Shown here one piece after another: positions 50,613 through 62,899 of a stretch of DNA of 64,000 bases; the stretch's first letter is position 1, and every line of letters starts with the position of its first letter. The notes beneath the pieces are model-generated. The model saw only the letters and a list, made by a program, of their open reading frames with translations, was not told the origin of the DNA and searched no databases. The position numbers and the translations under genes were made by a program. This DNA is from Paraphysomonas bandaiensis (taxonomy: Eukaryota; Protista; Chrysophyceae): contig CBFFRP010000371.1 in assembly GCA_965644295.1 (NCBI GenBank), forward strand, positions 124,001 to 188,000, written 5' to 3'.

Positions 50613-51321
50613 ATGGTAATATTCAAGATATCCTAATTGACGCTTAGATTGCTATTATCTACTGGCCTGCAGTTCATTTTGGATAGATAAAACGGTATTA
50701 CGACTATATATGTGCACAGATGATGTTTGTGTATGCTATTGGGCATATAGCACGTACTAACCATATGGTGGTGAAATTGTACACAAGGTGTACAGCAGTA
50801 CTATGAGTATCATCATATGCAGCAGCAGCGTACGTTTGGTATATGTACGGTATACATTGCAGTATAGGCGATATATATTTATATAAGTTTTCGGGATTAA
50901 ATTGAAGCAGAAATCCTCTATTATACTTCAATACAACTACAGCTGAAATGCATATAATTGTTGTCTCAATATATGAGGCATCTTTGAACAAAAATATACA
51001 GAGGATGCCGATACGATAATAATTTGTACATGATTTTTGTACACTTCTATGGTTCAGGTACAGTGCAATCGCGTTATGGTGGACGAAATATGGATGCTCT
51101 CGTTATAGTGGACAAATTTAGGCTTGGTACGGGGATTTTTGCATAAAATCTCCCATTTTATGCATATAAGTTCATTGGTATACAGCAGTCAGTGCACTGC
51201 TGCACCTTAAACACTTCTAGACTTCGTCTTCACTTCACTTCACTTCACTCTCATCATGTGTGAGATGTCGTATAGGAGCCTTATGTATGAGTATGCGTGT
51301 AGGTGTTAGTTGCTGATAAAC

Positions 51322-54300
51322 ATGCAGTCCATTATACTAACCACAGGGATCCTACTCCTTATCTCCACACAATCCACGCTTTCTTCTCCAGTACCTGTAG
51401 AGGAGATTGATGCCCTATGGGCCCTGTATAATGACACTCATGGAGATGAGTGGTTGTGGAGAAATGAGTCATATGGAGCTCGATGGCATTTTAATACAAT
51501 CCTCACTGAAATCAACCCCTGTAACGACAATCACACTGTCTGGCAGGGCATTCAGTGCTCGAATCCGCCCGAGAACTGCACCGATGATAGTAACACGACC
51601 TGCCATATAGTTGAGTTGTATTTAGATGACTATGAATTAGCGGGCAGTCTTCCATATGAGATTGGAAACTTATCCCAACTCACGTATTTGAGGTTAGTAA
51701 ATAACTTCGAACTAGTTGGGACATTGCCGCACAGTATCATGAAATTACAGCTTCTCGAAACTCTAGATCTTGAAACCTCAAAATTGTCAGGTGCCATACC
51801 GTCATTGGTATTTGAACTGCCAAATTTAAAGCAGCTCCGTTTAGTGGAAGGGATTTTTAGTGCCATTGAAGACTCCGATTTATGTTCTGGTACTAAACTC
51901 ACGCATTTGGATTTGTCATATAATCATATATATGGAACAATCCCGGAGTGTATATTGCGATTGTCTAATCTGGATTATATTTCATTTCGGTCAAACCGTT
52001 TATCTGGACCCTGTGATATTGGCGACTGGGGGAGAATGCAAACCCTCAACTACAGGGGAAACTATTTAAATTGTACCTTTCCCACAAATGTTTTGCTGTT
52101 GCACGACTTAACTTATTTAGACTTATCCGTGAATTCCATTCATGGTACATTACCTCCGAACATTGGATCTCTTTCGAGGCTTGAATTTTTGGCCTTGGAA
52201 GAAGTTGGTATCCGTGGGTCACTACCGCTCTCTCTTGGGAATCTTGTTGAAGTAAGTGAGCTCAGGCTTACGAATAATGCACTTACGGGAAATTTGTTTT
52301 CATTGAGAAATCTATCGCAAATTCAGAATCTAGAATTAGATGGTAATTTATTCACAGGACATATTCCAGATTCAATTTACGAGTTCAACCACTTGTGCAG
52401 ACTTTATCTGTCCACTAATTTGCTCTCTGGTACAGTATCCTCCATGATATCCAACCTGAAATTAGTAGAAAGGCTTTATTTTTATGACAATGCATTAACT
52501 GGAAAGCTTCCTGATGGTCTTTCCATGCTCACATCATTGGAGTATATGGACATTTCTGATAACTATTTCACCAATAGTCTTCCGGTCGATTTCGGAATGA
52601 TGACTGCGTTAAAGAGTGTGAGTCTGAGCTCGAATTTCTTTTCTTCCTCGCTTCCGTCTTCTATAGGAAACTTAACCAACTTGGTATCCTTATATGGGGA
52701 CCAAAACTGGCTAACAGGATCTCTTCCAGAATCTATATATAATCTTGTACCATTGGCTAAAATGATGTTCAACATAAACTACCTAAGTGGGTCATTGTGC
52801 GGTGATATTGGCCGCCTTACCCGTGTGAATTACGTTGACCTCACTGATAATGCAATAACCGGACCTATACCATCATCAATAGCGAATATGTCCTCACTAC
52901 GGTATTTTGTTCTCCGCAACAACCGCATCACATCCACCCTTCCACTTTCACTGACGACCATGACATTCTTACAAAATTTAGAATTAACATCGAATATGAT
53001 ATCAGGTCCGCTACCAGCATATATTGGCGTGTCCCTTAGGTACTTGTATGTTGGTGATAATTACTTGACGGGAAGCATACCTTCTTCTCTATTTCCTGAC
53101 ATGTCGTCGTTGATCCATTTACAGCTCACTGATAACTACTTGACATCTACTATTCCGACATCTATTAGTTCATTGTCCAATCTCATATACCTTTATCTCG
53201 GGGGCAATAAGTTCACGGGGAAATTAGAGGAGGGTATTACTGAGTTGTATCGTTTGCAAGATGTCGTTCTGGATACGAACTCTCTTTCAGGTTCTGTGCC
53301 TGCGTCTCTTTCACAACTTACTCTCCTAAATTTTCTTCAGTTGCACCATAATAATTTTGAAGGGACGTTGCCATCATCGCTGAGTAACCTTCAGCAGTTG
53401 CGTGTGCTTCAAGTAAACAACAATGAGATTTCAGGACATGTGTCCCACATATTTGACTCACCTCTCTTCAAAAACCTTGTGAATGTAGATATGAGTACGA
53501 ATCGATTTAGCGGAATGGTGCCGCAGGATCTGTTCATGATTCCCAGTATTCAGACGATTGCATTGAGTTCGAATTGTTTTGAAGGAACACTTCCTTTATC
53601 AATGTGTAATGCATCTCAACTCAGTGTGATTTCAATGGATGGATTGCGAGCTGCGCGCGATTGTCCTCGAACTTTTAGACTTCCTTTTTCAGGAGCTCTA
53701 ATATCACTTTCCACACACACTGCTGGTACTCTTCCCAGTTGTCTCTGGGAACTCCCCAATCTGAAAGTGCTCCATGTGGCCGCGAATTTGCTCACTGGAA
53801 ATCTTAAAGTAGATCGTATTACTCCAACACTGTTGAATGTGAGTCTTGCTCATAATCACTTGGAAGGAACTATTCCCGATGCAGTTGATAAACATTACTT
53901 TCAAACACTCGATCTATCTAACAACAAGATCACTGGAGTTGCCAGTAACAGATATTATCCTGATGTTGTCAAAAATGATTCAGATTCGGTTTTTATGACG
54001 AAACTGACCTTAATAGTGAACCGATTGTCTGGAGGTGTACCGCGAGGACTATCTTACGCCAGGAGGATAAATATACTCACTGGAAATTTGTTTGGGTGTG
54101 ACGATTTACCCTCGCATGACCCCCATAGGAGTGAGTACAACTGTGGCTCAATAGAAATGGATGAGTCGCTATATGTTCTTCTTGCTGCTGTGGTGGCGAT
54201 AGCTGTAATCGGCGGAACTCCGTACCTATTTTGGTTACGGCGTCGCGGAGAAGCCTCTGGTATCAGTGATTCTGATATACTAGAAGCAGACAAGGATAAT

Positions 54301-56084
54301 AATATATCCCTCCCTGCTCTGTACCGCCTTGTACAATTATCTCTCTCTCAGGCTAAACTATTACCGTGGGACGTAATGCCCTATTTAAAAGCCTTTTTGT
54401 GTATGCTTGACGCATTTCAGTACTACACAATTCTTATTGCCAGTTGCGGTGTAGTTTTTTGTCTTCCTCTATATGTACTCAAGATAATTGCGGATGAGAG
54501 CGAGGGAGTTGGAATTGTAACGCATACTCACACGTACCGATGGATACTAACTGCAGGATTTATCACTGGTCCGATTCCAGCTACCATGCTTCTCGTTGCT
54601 TGGTCTGTAGGTGCCACTATATTGGTTTTAGGGCTGCGTCAATCTGTGTGTAATTCCCAACGCAAAGTGAAAATTGAGCACACGTCGAGTAGTTACGAAA
54701 ATGAATTAAATAGTTCTACCGTGGTTCGGTCACGGTATAACTACCCGCGAGTTGCTGCCTTAGTCATATTTAATACAATCATCGTGGGCACTGTTAATGC
54801 TCTGTACGTGTATTCCTCTACTATATATATCACGTCCGCGATACGACTTACAATTCAGTTCGCTTTGGCCATATTTAAGGTATAAACTATCTATCCTCTA
54901 TTGTTATTATTCTAATGTGTATGTTGAAGCTCTTCTGGAACTTTGCAATAGTTCCCTCCATTGTTCTTCCGTTTATCGACAGTCCCCGGCAGCGTGCACG
55001 ACTAAAAGTACTTATTCTTTTGATGAACAGTATAATTGCCCCCCTTTTTGTACTAGCAGTCTCAGGTCCATCGTGCTTTCGTGATTTGTTTTTTCTGCCT
55101 CCGACATTGTCATCATCATACAGTTATGAAGAGTGTGTAGCCTTCTCGTTGTCATCTGTTACAGTTTGTGACGAGTTTGAAACTGTGGTATCTACCACTG
55201 ACCCGTTCCATCCTCCTTTCAATTACAACAATCTCTGCACCTCAAATGTCATCACTGCGTATGTTCCGGTTTACATATATACTTACTCTTTCCTTCTACT
55301 TCTTCCATGCGTACTACTTGTAATATATAAATATGCTCGCTGGAGTGATTTGCCTGTGTGGATAGTCAAGTATACTCCTATGATTCTCTGGCCATTTCGA
55401 CTATCATCCTCAGGAGAGTATGTACACACTTCAGATTGTGAAGACCATATGTTAGAGGCACATTTGACAAAGTTGAAGTTATTAACGAGTCATTTCCTAC
55501 GAAGTGATATGGTAGTATCGTCTTTCGCTCACCACCTTGCAGTTCTATTGTCATTTGGGTTACTAAGCCCTGTCCTAACTATTGAAATTGCAGCTGCATT
55601 GTGCTTATCGACATTCCAGTGGCGATTTTTCATTGGAAGATTTCTGCTTCATCGCTCTCATTCTCATGGTGTCAGTGTATCAGCAGGTGACAGAGAAGCA
55701 CCACACCATATTGCCAATCCACTACATGATCGTTCCGTTATTCTCAGGGATGAGAGTCTGAAAAAACTGAATTTTGCTGTCGAAGAGGCTGCGAGTTCGT
55801 TTGTTAGTTGTGTCGGACCTGTGATGTGTGTTACGTCGATGTTTATATGTTCGCTCTGTTGGGATATTGTCAGTGATAGACGTGGTTGGCAGGTTGGAAT
55901 TTATGTACCTGTGTTTAGCTTTGGAACACTTGCAATTCTATTTACGCTAGTTTATCTTCGTTTCAAACCGACTACAGCATTTCTAGATTTCACTACGGGC
56001 GATGGTAAAACTGATGGAGTTTTTGAACTGGAGCTTCGACAAAGCAATTGGAATCAACAAGATGTGAGTAATCCGATCCTGTAA
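51322..56084 (+). CDS. Large LRR receptor-like protein with multi-pass (about 10 TM) C-terminal domain, no kinase (2 exons)
   Basis: Signal peptide, a plant-type LRR N-cap (ALWALY..T.G..W...PC..WQGIQC), roughly 30 LxxLxLxxNxLxGxIP repeats, then repeated hydrophobic segments. There is an intron at about 54880-54929. Confidence 0.9.
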
Positions 56085-56257
56085 AAATCTTAACAAAATA
56101 GATATTCTTTTTCACCTTCACTGTAATGAAATTATTACTTTTATTAATTATTTCAGTTGAGTGATACAATATCTGGATATTATTATTAGTAATTAATTAT
56201 TTCTGGATATATATGCAGTTTATACGTTTATACATATTGTCACGTATAAATGGCGTA

Positions 56258-56390
56258 CATGTTGATGAAACTTTACTTTCAAACCTTCGATTTACCTAAC
56301 AACAAGATCACTGGAATTGCCAGTAGCGGCTATTATCCGGATGTTTCTTATGACAAATACCTGACATTAATAGTCAATCGATTATCTGGA
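56258..56390 (+). pseudogene. Decayed LRR-TM paralogue, left fragment
   Basis: Similar to about 53882-54030 (YFQTFDLPNNKITGIAS..YYPDV..LTLIVNRLSG). Confidence 0.85.
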
Positions 56391-56539
56391 CTCCAGATAA
56401 TACATGTAGTATGTACTTCCAATACATGTGAAAAATAAGATTTAAGGTTAGTCTTGATATTTAGTAAGGATATACTTGGTATTATTAGAGATAAAGATTG
56501 AACGATAAGGCCTAATAGTATAATAGCAAGACACATTTG

Positions 56540-56832
56540 TGTTGAGATCTGAAGATTCTATATACTTGCAATTGAGTGCAGTATTATGTGAGATGCAAGG
56601 ATCGAAAGATATATATGTAATTAGTACATTATATTATGTAGTATGAAACTGAAGTAGAAGTGGATGACTATACAGGATACGATCACTGAGTGGGTGGTTT
56701 GTACACTATAGTAGTAAATGAATGGTGTTGAACACATCGAACACAACTTAGGTTCTTTATCATGTAATGTTTATAATTTCATCTTATCAGTTGAGAATAG
56801 TAAACCTTAGCAAATAATGTCAACTTCTGTTA
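56540..56832 (+). repeat. 5' LTR (293 bp, TG...TA)
   Basis: Identical by eye to 61540-61832. Confidence 0.95.
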
Positions 56833-59800
56833 TGGTAGCGAATGCTAGTTGTAGGGATGGGGAAGATGACAAGAAGCTACGGTTTGACAAGAACCAAGCA
56901 GACTATTCAGCGAGAAAAATCAAGATGCATCTAATGAAGAAAAACCGAAACCATCTTGGCTTGGAGGACCCGCCAGCCGGAGGAAGGAATTTAGAGTCAT
57001 GGAGAGAGCGTAATGATACCTGTGTTAGTACTATTTGGGAGGCTTGCGAGCATGACCCTGATGTGTTGGAGGTAGCCAATCAATATTTGGAGGGGAAGGC
57101 AATTTTACCTGCTGATGATCCTGCTAAGGAGGTGTTATCCAGTGAGCTCCTTCAGACACTGGTTGATAGGTTCAGAGGCGAGATTGGGACTGTATTGGAG
57201 AAGACTACGGCAGAATACCATTCGTTCAAAATAAGGCCGGGGGAAAAGGTGTCTGTTGGGGTAGATCGACTGAACGGTATAATCCAGAAGCTCATAAAAT
57301 TGGGACAACCGCAGACAGAGGCAAGTAAATTAGCAAAGATAAAAGCAGCGCTGCAGATAGAGGAATTACATGATTTATGGATGTCGGTAGCGATGATGCC
57401 TAAAGCAACAACTACATTTGATTCGGTGAAAGAGGCTTGTGAAGAGTATGACGAGGCTATGACGCAGCTGAAGAAACTAAAGGGAGACAAATCTGAAGAG
57501 ATCAATTTTACGGCGTCGAAGGAGCCAGTGGTTTGTTCATTTTGTCGGAAGAAGGGACACGTAGCAGCGAATTGTTATGCTAAGGAACGACAAAGAAAAA
57601 TGGATAAGTTCAAAAGAAAAGGGAAGACAAAGGAAAAGGCTTCGAAGAGTGTGCAGCAGCCAGGATCAAAGGATTATACTGGTTGTCATATCTGTGGAGA
57701 TTTTAGTCATAAAGCCCGACAGTGCAAGTCGAAAAAACGGAAGAACATAAAAAACCCGGATAATGAGAATCCTCGAAAATCGAACAGGAAATTCGAGACA
57801 GAATGGAAGAAATACGTCAACGACGGAGAGTCGTCGGATGATGAAGCGAATATGTTTGGAGAAGAGGTTTTGCTATCGGTGGATACGTCGGAAGAACCTC
57901 GTGTATATCTGGACAGTTGTGCAAGTAAAAGACTGTTTATAGTAAAGGATAAAATTGCACTGGAGTCATTTACTCCTGAGTTTGGGGCAATCCAACTAAC
58001 TAGAAAGGGTTCTCAATTGGAGACACAGGGGGCTGGTACATTCGGGGAATGGAGAGACATCAGAGTTAGTGAAGAAGCGGTGAAGAACATTGTGTCAGGA
58101 GGAATGCTGAGATCAATGGGATACGGATTACAACTGCTTCGAAAGCCTAAAATCGTGGAATTGGACTCTGGAAACGAGGTGTTGACTGGAGAGTACGATG
58201 AGCATGGAGGAATGCCGTATGTGGACTTGATGGAGGTGTTAAATCTGCCAAATGTGTCTATGTGCAATCAGATGGAGGAGGTAAATTTGTCGGATAATAC
58301 AGGACAAGATGCGTTGGATCGCTTACATGAGCGTACTGGACATGTCTCGAAATCGAAGTTATTAGAAGCTCACCGACACATGTTATTCAGAGGATCAGGA
58401 CTACAACGACATCACCTTTCGAAGGCAAAGGAGAAGAGTTGCAAGAAACCCCTGTGTAAATGGTGTGCCAAGGCGAAGATAACCAGGCATTCGTTCAAAT
58501 CACGGGACAACGAAGAGCTAAGCGCAGTCAGGTTTCTGGAACGAGTGACAGCGGACATCTCAGTCTACCTGAATTGTGAATCCAGACAAGGGTATAAGTA
58601 CGTGCTCCTATTCACGGACTTAGCAACAAAGATGATATGGGAATATGGATTGAGGACTCGAAGCGGAGAGGAGGTGTTCAAATGTCTACGACACTTGTGC
58701 GAGGTCCACTTAGTGAAGTACGAGGGGTGGAACCGTATAGTGGAGTATCATGCCGATGGAGGATCCGAACTTATTAGTCAGCAGATAAGAGAGTATCTGT
58801 TGCAGCGATATGGGACTCGGGTGTCACATACAACACGAGACACGCCAGAGCTCAACGCGGTGTCTGAGAGGAAATTCCGAACAATTGGGGAGATGACACT
58901 GACGATGTTGACGGCATCTGGACTTCCAAAGTCGTTCTGGTTTGATGCTTATCAAACTGCATGTTACATTGTGCGACGAATGCCAACTCGGACGTGGCAA
59001 GGATGGATGTCTCCATATGAGTGTGTCCCAGGGGGAGCGTTCCCAGCCTATCGTGGCTACGGAAATGGGGGTGCAAAGCATATGTGCTAACACCCAAGGC
59101 CGACAGGAGGAAGGACTGGGAGGACAAAGCAATGACAGGTTATTTCATAGGGTATCCAGCTGATCGAAAAGGATACAAGGTGCTAGTGGGGGACACCGTA
59201 GTACACTCTGTACATGTATTATTTGATGAATCGGTACCTGAGAGGTCTCAGGATTATTATAGAGAGCTGGAGGAGGCTCAAGTGGCTATAGATCCCGAGG
59301 CTCGTCAACCGGGTGAGTTTGAGTATCTTATCGGAAAGCACCATGAGGATGGTGGTCTGCTATACAAGACTAACAGAGTGGTGATAAGGAAGGGACTTAT
59401 TGTGGGATACCGGTCGTTGGTTACTGGTAACCAGGTTCAAGTGGAGGATAAAACTCCTATTCATATTGCTGACATCAAGAAGATGACAGAGGATCTTGCG
59501 CAGAGGGTGGTTAGGGCCAGAGTTACTGACAACCGTGACGGCGGTATCAGCGGAGTGGTGCCACAGCAGTCGGAAAGTGGGCAGGTGCAGCCCCAGGCTG
59601 ACTCAGCATTACCTTCGGGGGAAGGGGCCCCTGCCGAGAATCATCCGCACGGCAAACGCGCAAGAACTCCAAGGACGGTAACGAATGTGTCGGTGTTAGG
59701 ACAAATCCATCATTTGAGTGATGAGAGTGATGTGAGTGACCTTTTACAGGAGGCAGACTCAGTGTGGATGTCAGCGGAAGAGTCGACAGTGCCTCAGACA

Positions 59801-61414
59801 CATCGTGAGTCCTTGGAGAGTGCCGAGCACAGGGAGTGGAGACGAGCTCGCCGTGTAGAGCGAGAGGGTTTGGCGAAGCGAGATACCATGGAGGTGACTC
59901 GTATACCGGACGGAGTCGTCCCACTGCACTCCAAGTACGTCTATGGAAAGAAGTACGATAAGGAGGGAGAGGTCCGCCGATATAAGGCTCGTCTTGTAGC
60001 AATCGGTTGTGGACAGCAGTCGAGTGGTTGGGCGAACCATTTCGCACCCGTTGTTAAGGGGGTAACAGTGCGACTGTTAATCGCCATAGCTTTCGTGATG
60101 AACATGGTAATTCATCAACTGGATGTGTCTAACGCATTTCTATATGCAGATATAGAGGGGGATGTATATATGAAGGCAACTCCGGACTTTCAGCTGCCTG
60201 AGGGGTACTGCTTTAAGTTGAAGAAGTCGTTATACGGGCTTCGGAGTTCCCCGCGGTCGTGGTGGAAAACATTGGATAAATTCATACGATCTATGCATTT
60301 TAAACCATGTGTATTAGACCCGTGTTTGTATTATCAGTATAAGGGCGATGAATTGATATTATTAACGATATATGTGGATGATATCCTAGTGTTAGGTCGT
60401 GATGTCAACATAGTGAAGGATATTAAAGCTCAACTGTGTGCCCGGTTTGATATGAAGGATATGGGCGAGATGGAACATTTTCTGAATGTTCGAGTCACAA
60501 GAACGCCAGAGTATATTCGTCTTGACCAATCAGTATATGCGGCTAAGATCTTAGAAAAGTTTGAAAAGTATCTTGGGTCACCGCGAAAGGTACGGAAGAG
60601 TCCTCTACCGGCGGAAGCAATGGATCTAGTGGCAAAAGGGGCGCGGCATGAGCATACCGAGGAGGAACAGCTTATAGTAGATAACTTCCCATATCGGCCG
60701 CTGATAGGTGCATTACTATATCTATCGATGAACACGAGGCCGGATATAGCCTATGCAGTGGGAGTACTGTCTCGGTTCAGTAATAAGGTGAATATTGAAG
60801 TATGCAAGCTATTAACACATGTATGGCAATATATTCGTGGTTCTATTGACAAAGGGATTCAATATGGGAGTAGACGGTTCGACTTCCATATGTTTACTGA
60901 CGCGGATTGGGCGGGAGATCAGCTCTCCAGGAAGTCCACGTCGGGGTACGTTGGGTTTGCAGCGGGAGGGCCTATAGTCTGGCAGTCCAAACTGCAGACG
61001 ACAGTGGCAACGTCAAGCATGCAGTCTGAGTATCAGTGTATTTACTCGGGTCTCCAAGAAGTGCTATGGGTTCGGGGGGTGACGGGTGAGATTAAGTTGA
61101 GGCTCATCAAACCCACACCATTCTTCATCGACAGTCAGAGTGCCCAGGATTTGGCCGAAAACCCAGTGTTTCACAAGAAGTCGAAGCACATTGAGATTAA
61201 GTATCACATGGTGAGAGAGCACGTGGATCCCAATCAGTTCAATACGATTAAGTTAGTGCATGTGCATACATCGCAACAAGCAGCAGATATTTATACAAAG
61301 TCATTGGTTGGTTTATCATATATGGAGCAGAGAAAGAGAAATCTTGGAGAGAAAGTTAAGAGTTCCACTGAAGTGATCAATGAGGGACCAAGGGATAAAA
61401 GAAGGCGCAAGTAG
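56817..61414 (+). CDS. Copia gag-pol polyprotein with one frameshift at about 59031-59035
   Basis: Two CCHC knuckles, protease YLDSCAS, HHCC (LHERTGH..CKWC), integrase D-D-E, RT YKARLV/LDVSNAF/LYGL/YVDD and RNase H DADWAG..DSQSA..ADIYTK. Confidence 0.93.
56833..56842 (+). promoter_or_regulatory. Primer-binding site, tRNA-iMet-like
   Basis: TGGTAGCG abuts the LTR end, like the Ty1 PBS TGGTAGCGCC. Confidence 0.7.
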
Positions 61415-61530
61415 GTACTGAGTTTTTTAGACAGAGGTTTAGACTTAGAGATGAGTCTATTTTACTGTCAAGAATTTTTTTATCTCAGGCATTCAATAGC
61501 TGGGAGGCGTCATAAGTACAACACTCAATT

Positions 61531-61539
61531 GAGGGGGAG
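61531..61539 (+). promoter_or_regulatory. Polypurine tract
   Basis: GAGGGGGAG immediately precedes the 3' LTR. Confidence 0.9.
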
Positions 61540-61832
61540 TGTTGAGATCTGAAGATTCTATATACTTGCAATTGAGTGCAGTATTATGTGAGATGCAAGG
61601 ATCGAAAGATATATATGTAATTAGTACATTATATTATGTAGTATGAAACTGAAGTAGAAGTGGATGACTATACAGGATACGATCACTGAGTGGGTGGTTT
61701 GTACACTATAGTAGTAAATGAATGGTGTTGAACACATCGAACACAACTTAGGTTCTTTATCATGTAATGTTTATAATTTCATCTTATCAGTTGAGAATAG
61801 TAAACCTTAGCAAATAATGTCAACTTCTGTTA
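61540..61832 (+). repeat. 3' LTR (293 bp)
   Basis: Identical to the 5' LTR and followed by the TSD ATTTG. Confidence 0.95.
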
Positions 61833-61837
61833 ATTTG

Positions 61838-62293
61838 AGCAGAGCGTTAGCACCACACAGGTGCAGGGATATACATGAATCAATGACTCCTAATAGTGAA
61901 CGCCGCTCAGCGCAGCTAAACTTATCATTTCAGTGTTGCGCAAAAGTATGCATCCTTCTACACTTAATATGCTGTTGTTTCTGAAAGCTAATCGACAGTT
62001 GTGGCCGGATGCAAGCATATTTCAAATAATTTTGGATGAATATGGTGATGTTGACGTCAGCGATGATGGATCAGAGGATGAGGACGAGGTGGATTTTTAT
62101 TAGCTATAAGCAGTTGTTACTTACTAATACTAAAAATTGAATCTACGGATGTGTTTACTTACTGCTTAGTCATACTAATATATTGCAATATATTGTAATT
62201 GTGTTGTTGAGCCTGCTTAAAATCTCCATCAACAATAGTATTGATAGAACGCTAACTTACAATAGTATTGCAATATATTGTTTCCTAGCCCTG
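61838..62293 (+). mobile_element. Right part of a hAT element (probable host of the copia; left remnant about 56402-56539)
   Basis: Encodes 'AAKLIISVLRKSMHPSTLNMLLFLKANRQLWP' (hAT dimerisation domain). The right TIR ...gtttcctagccctg is followed by atctggag, which matches the left flank atctgga. Confidence 0.85.
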
Positions 62294-62396
62294 ATCTGGA
62301 GGTGTACCGCAAGGGCTATTTTACGCCAGGAGGATGAACATACAGCCTTTCTAGATTTCGCTACGGTCGATGGTAAAACTGGTGGGGTTTTTGAAA
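62294..62396 (+). pseudogene. Decayed LRR-TM paralogue, right fragment (internally deleted)
   Basis: Continues the match to about 54026-54075, then jumps to match about 55972-56027. Confidence 0.85.
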
Positions 62397-62899
62397 GATC
62401 GATAGTCACTATACGCAGTACGCACTGGCGTTAGCTCTACAGGAAATCGATGATCATGAATCGGATCTAAGTCGTCCATCGACGGAATTCAATAAAATTA
62501 GTGTTTCAAAGTCTGGCACACCATTGTTTCCAACCAGAGCTGACGCAGCACGGCATATTCAAAGTAGCGATAGATCGCTGCAGAAGAACTGAGTTTAGCC
62601 CTTCAAGGAAGTGATAATGTTTAAGAATGGCGTTGCTGTGTTACCAGATGGGTCAAGGGTTTCCGAGCACGACTGATTGCTGGATGGTTTATTGAATGGA
62701 ATTTCGCTAAGGAAATTGATGGTGTAGGAGATTTAGATTCCGCCTGGGTTGACGGTAAGAGTTATTTTAAGCAATTTTAATCAGCAAGTTGTTGTGAGGA
62801 ATCCAATCCTTTAAAAATCATGAAAACTAGAAGTAATTGCTATAGAGATTGTTTTTCACTTTAACTGTAATGAAATTGTACGCAGTATAATCCCTCAAC

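Larger units (their letters stand above)
56540..61832 (+). mobile_element. Full-length Ty1/copia LTR retrotransposon (5293 bp)
   Basis: Two identical LTRs, TSD ATTTG (56535-56539 and 61833-61837), PBS, PPT and the domain order gag-PR-IN-RT-RH. Confidence 0.97.

Noticed and set aside
51059-51200. TA-CAGTGCAATCGCGTTA pogo/Tc1-like end with an internal repeat
   Set aside because: No convincing matching right TIR or TSD.
5999-60735. Many antisense or alternate-frame ORFs overlapping real genes (e.g. 15746-16267, 30417-30968, 59547-60047)
   Set aside because: They are shadow ORFs of well-supported genes and have no independent motifs.
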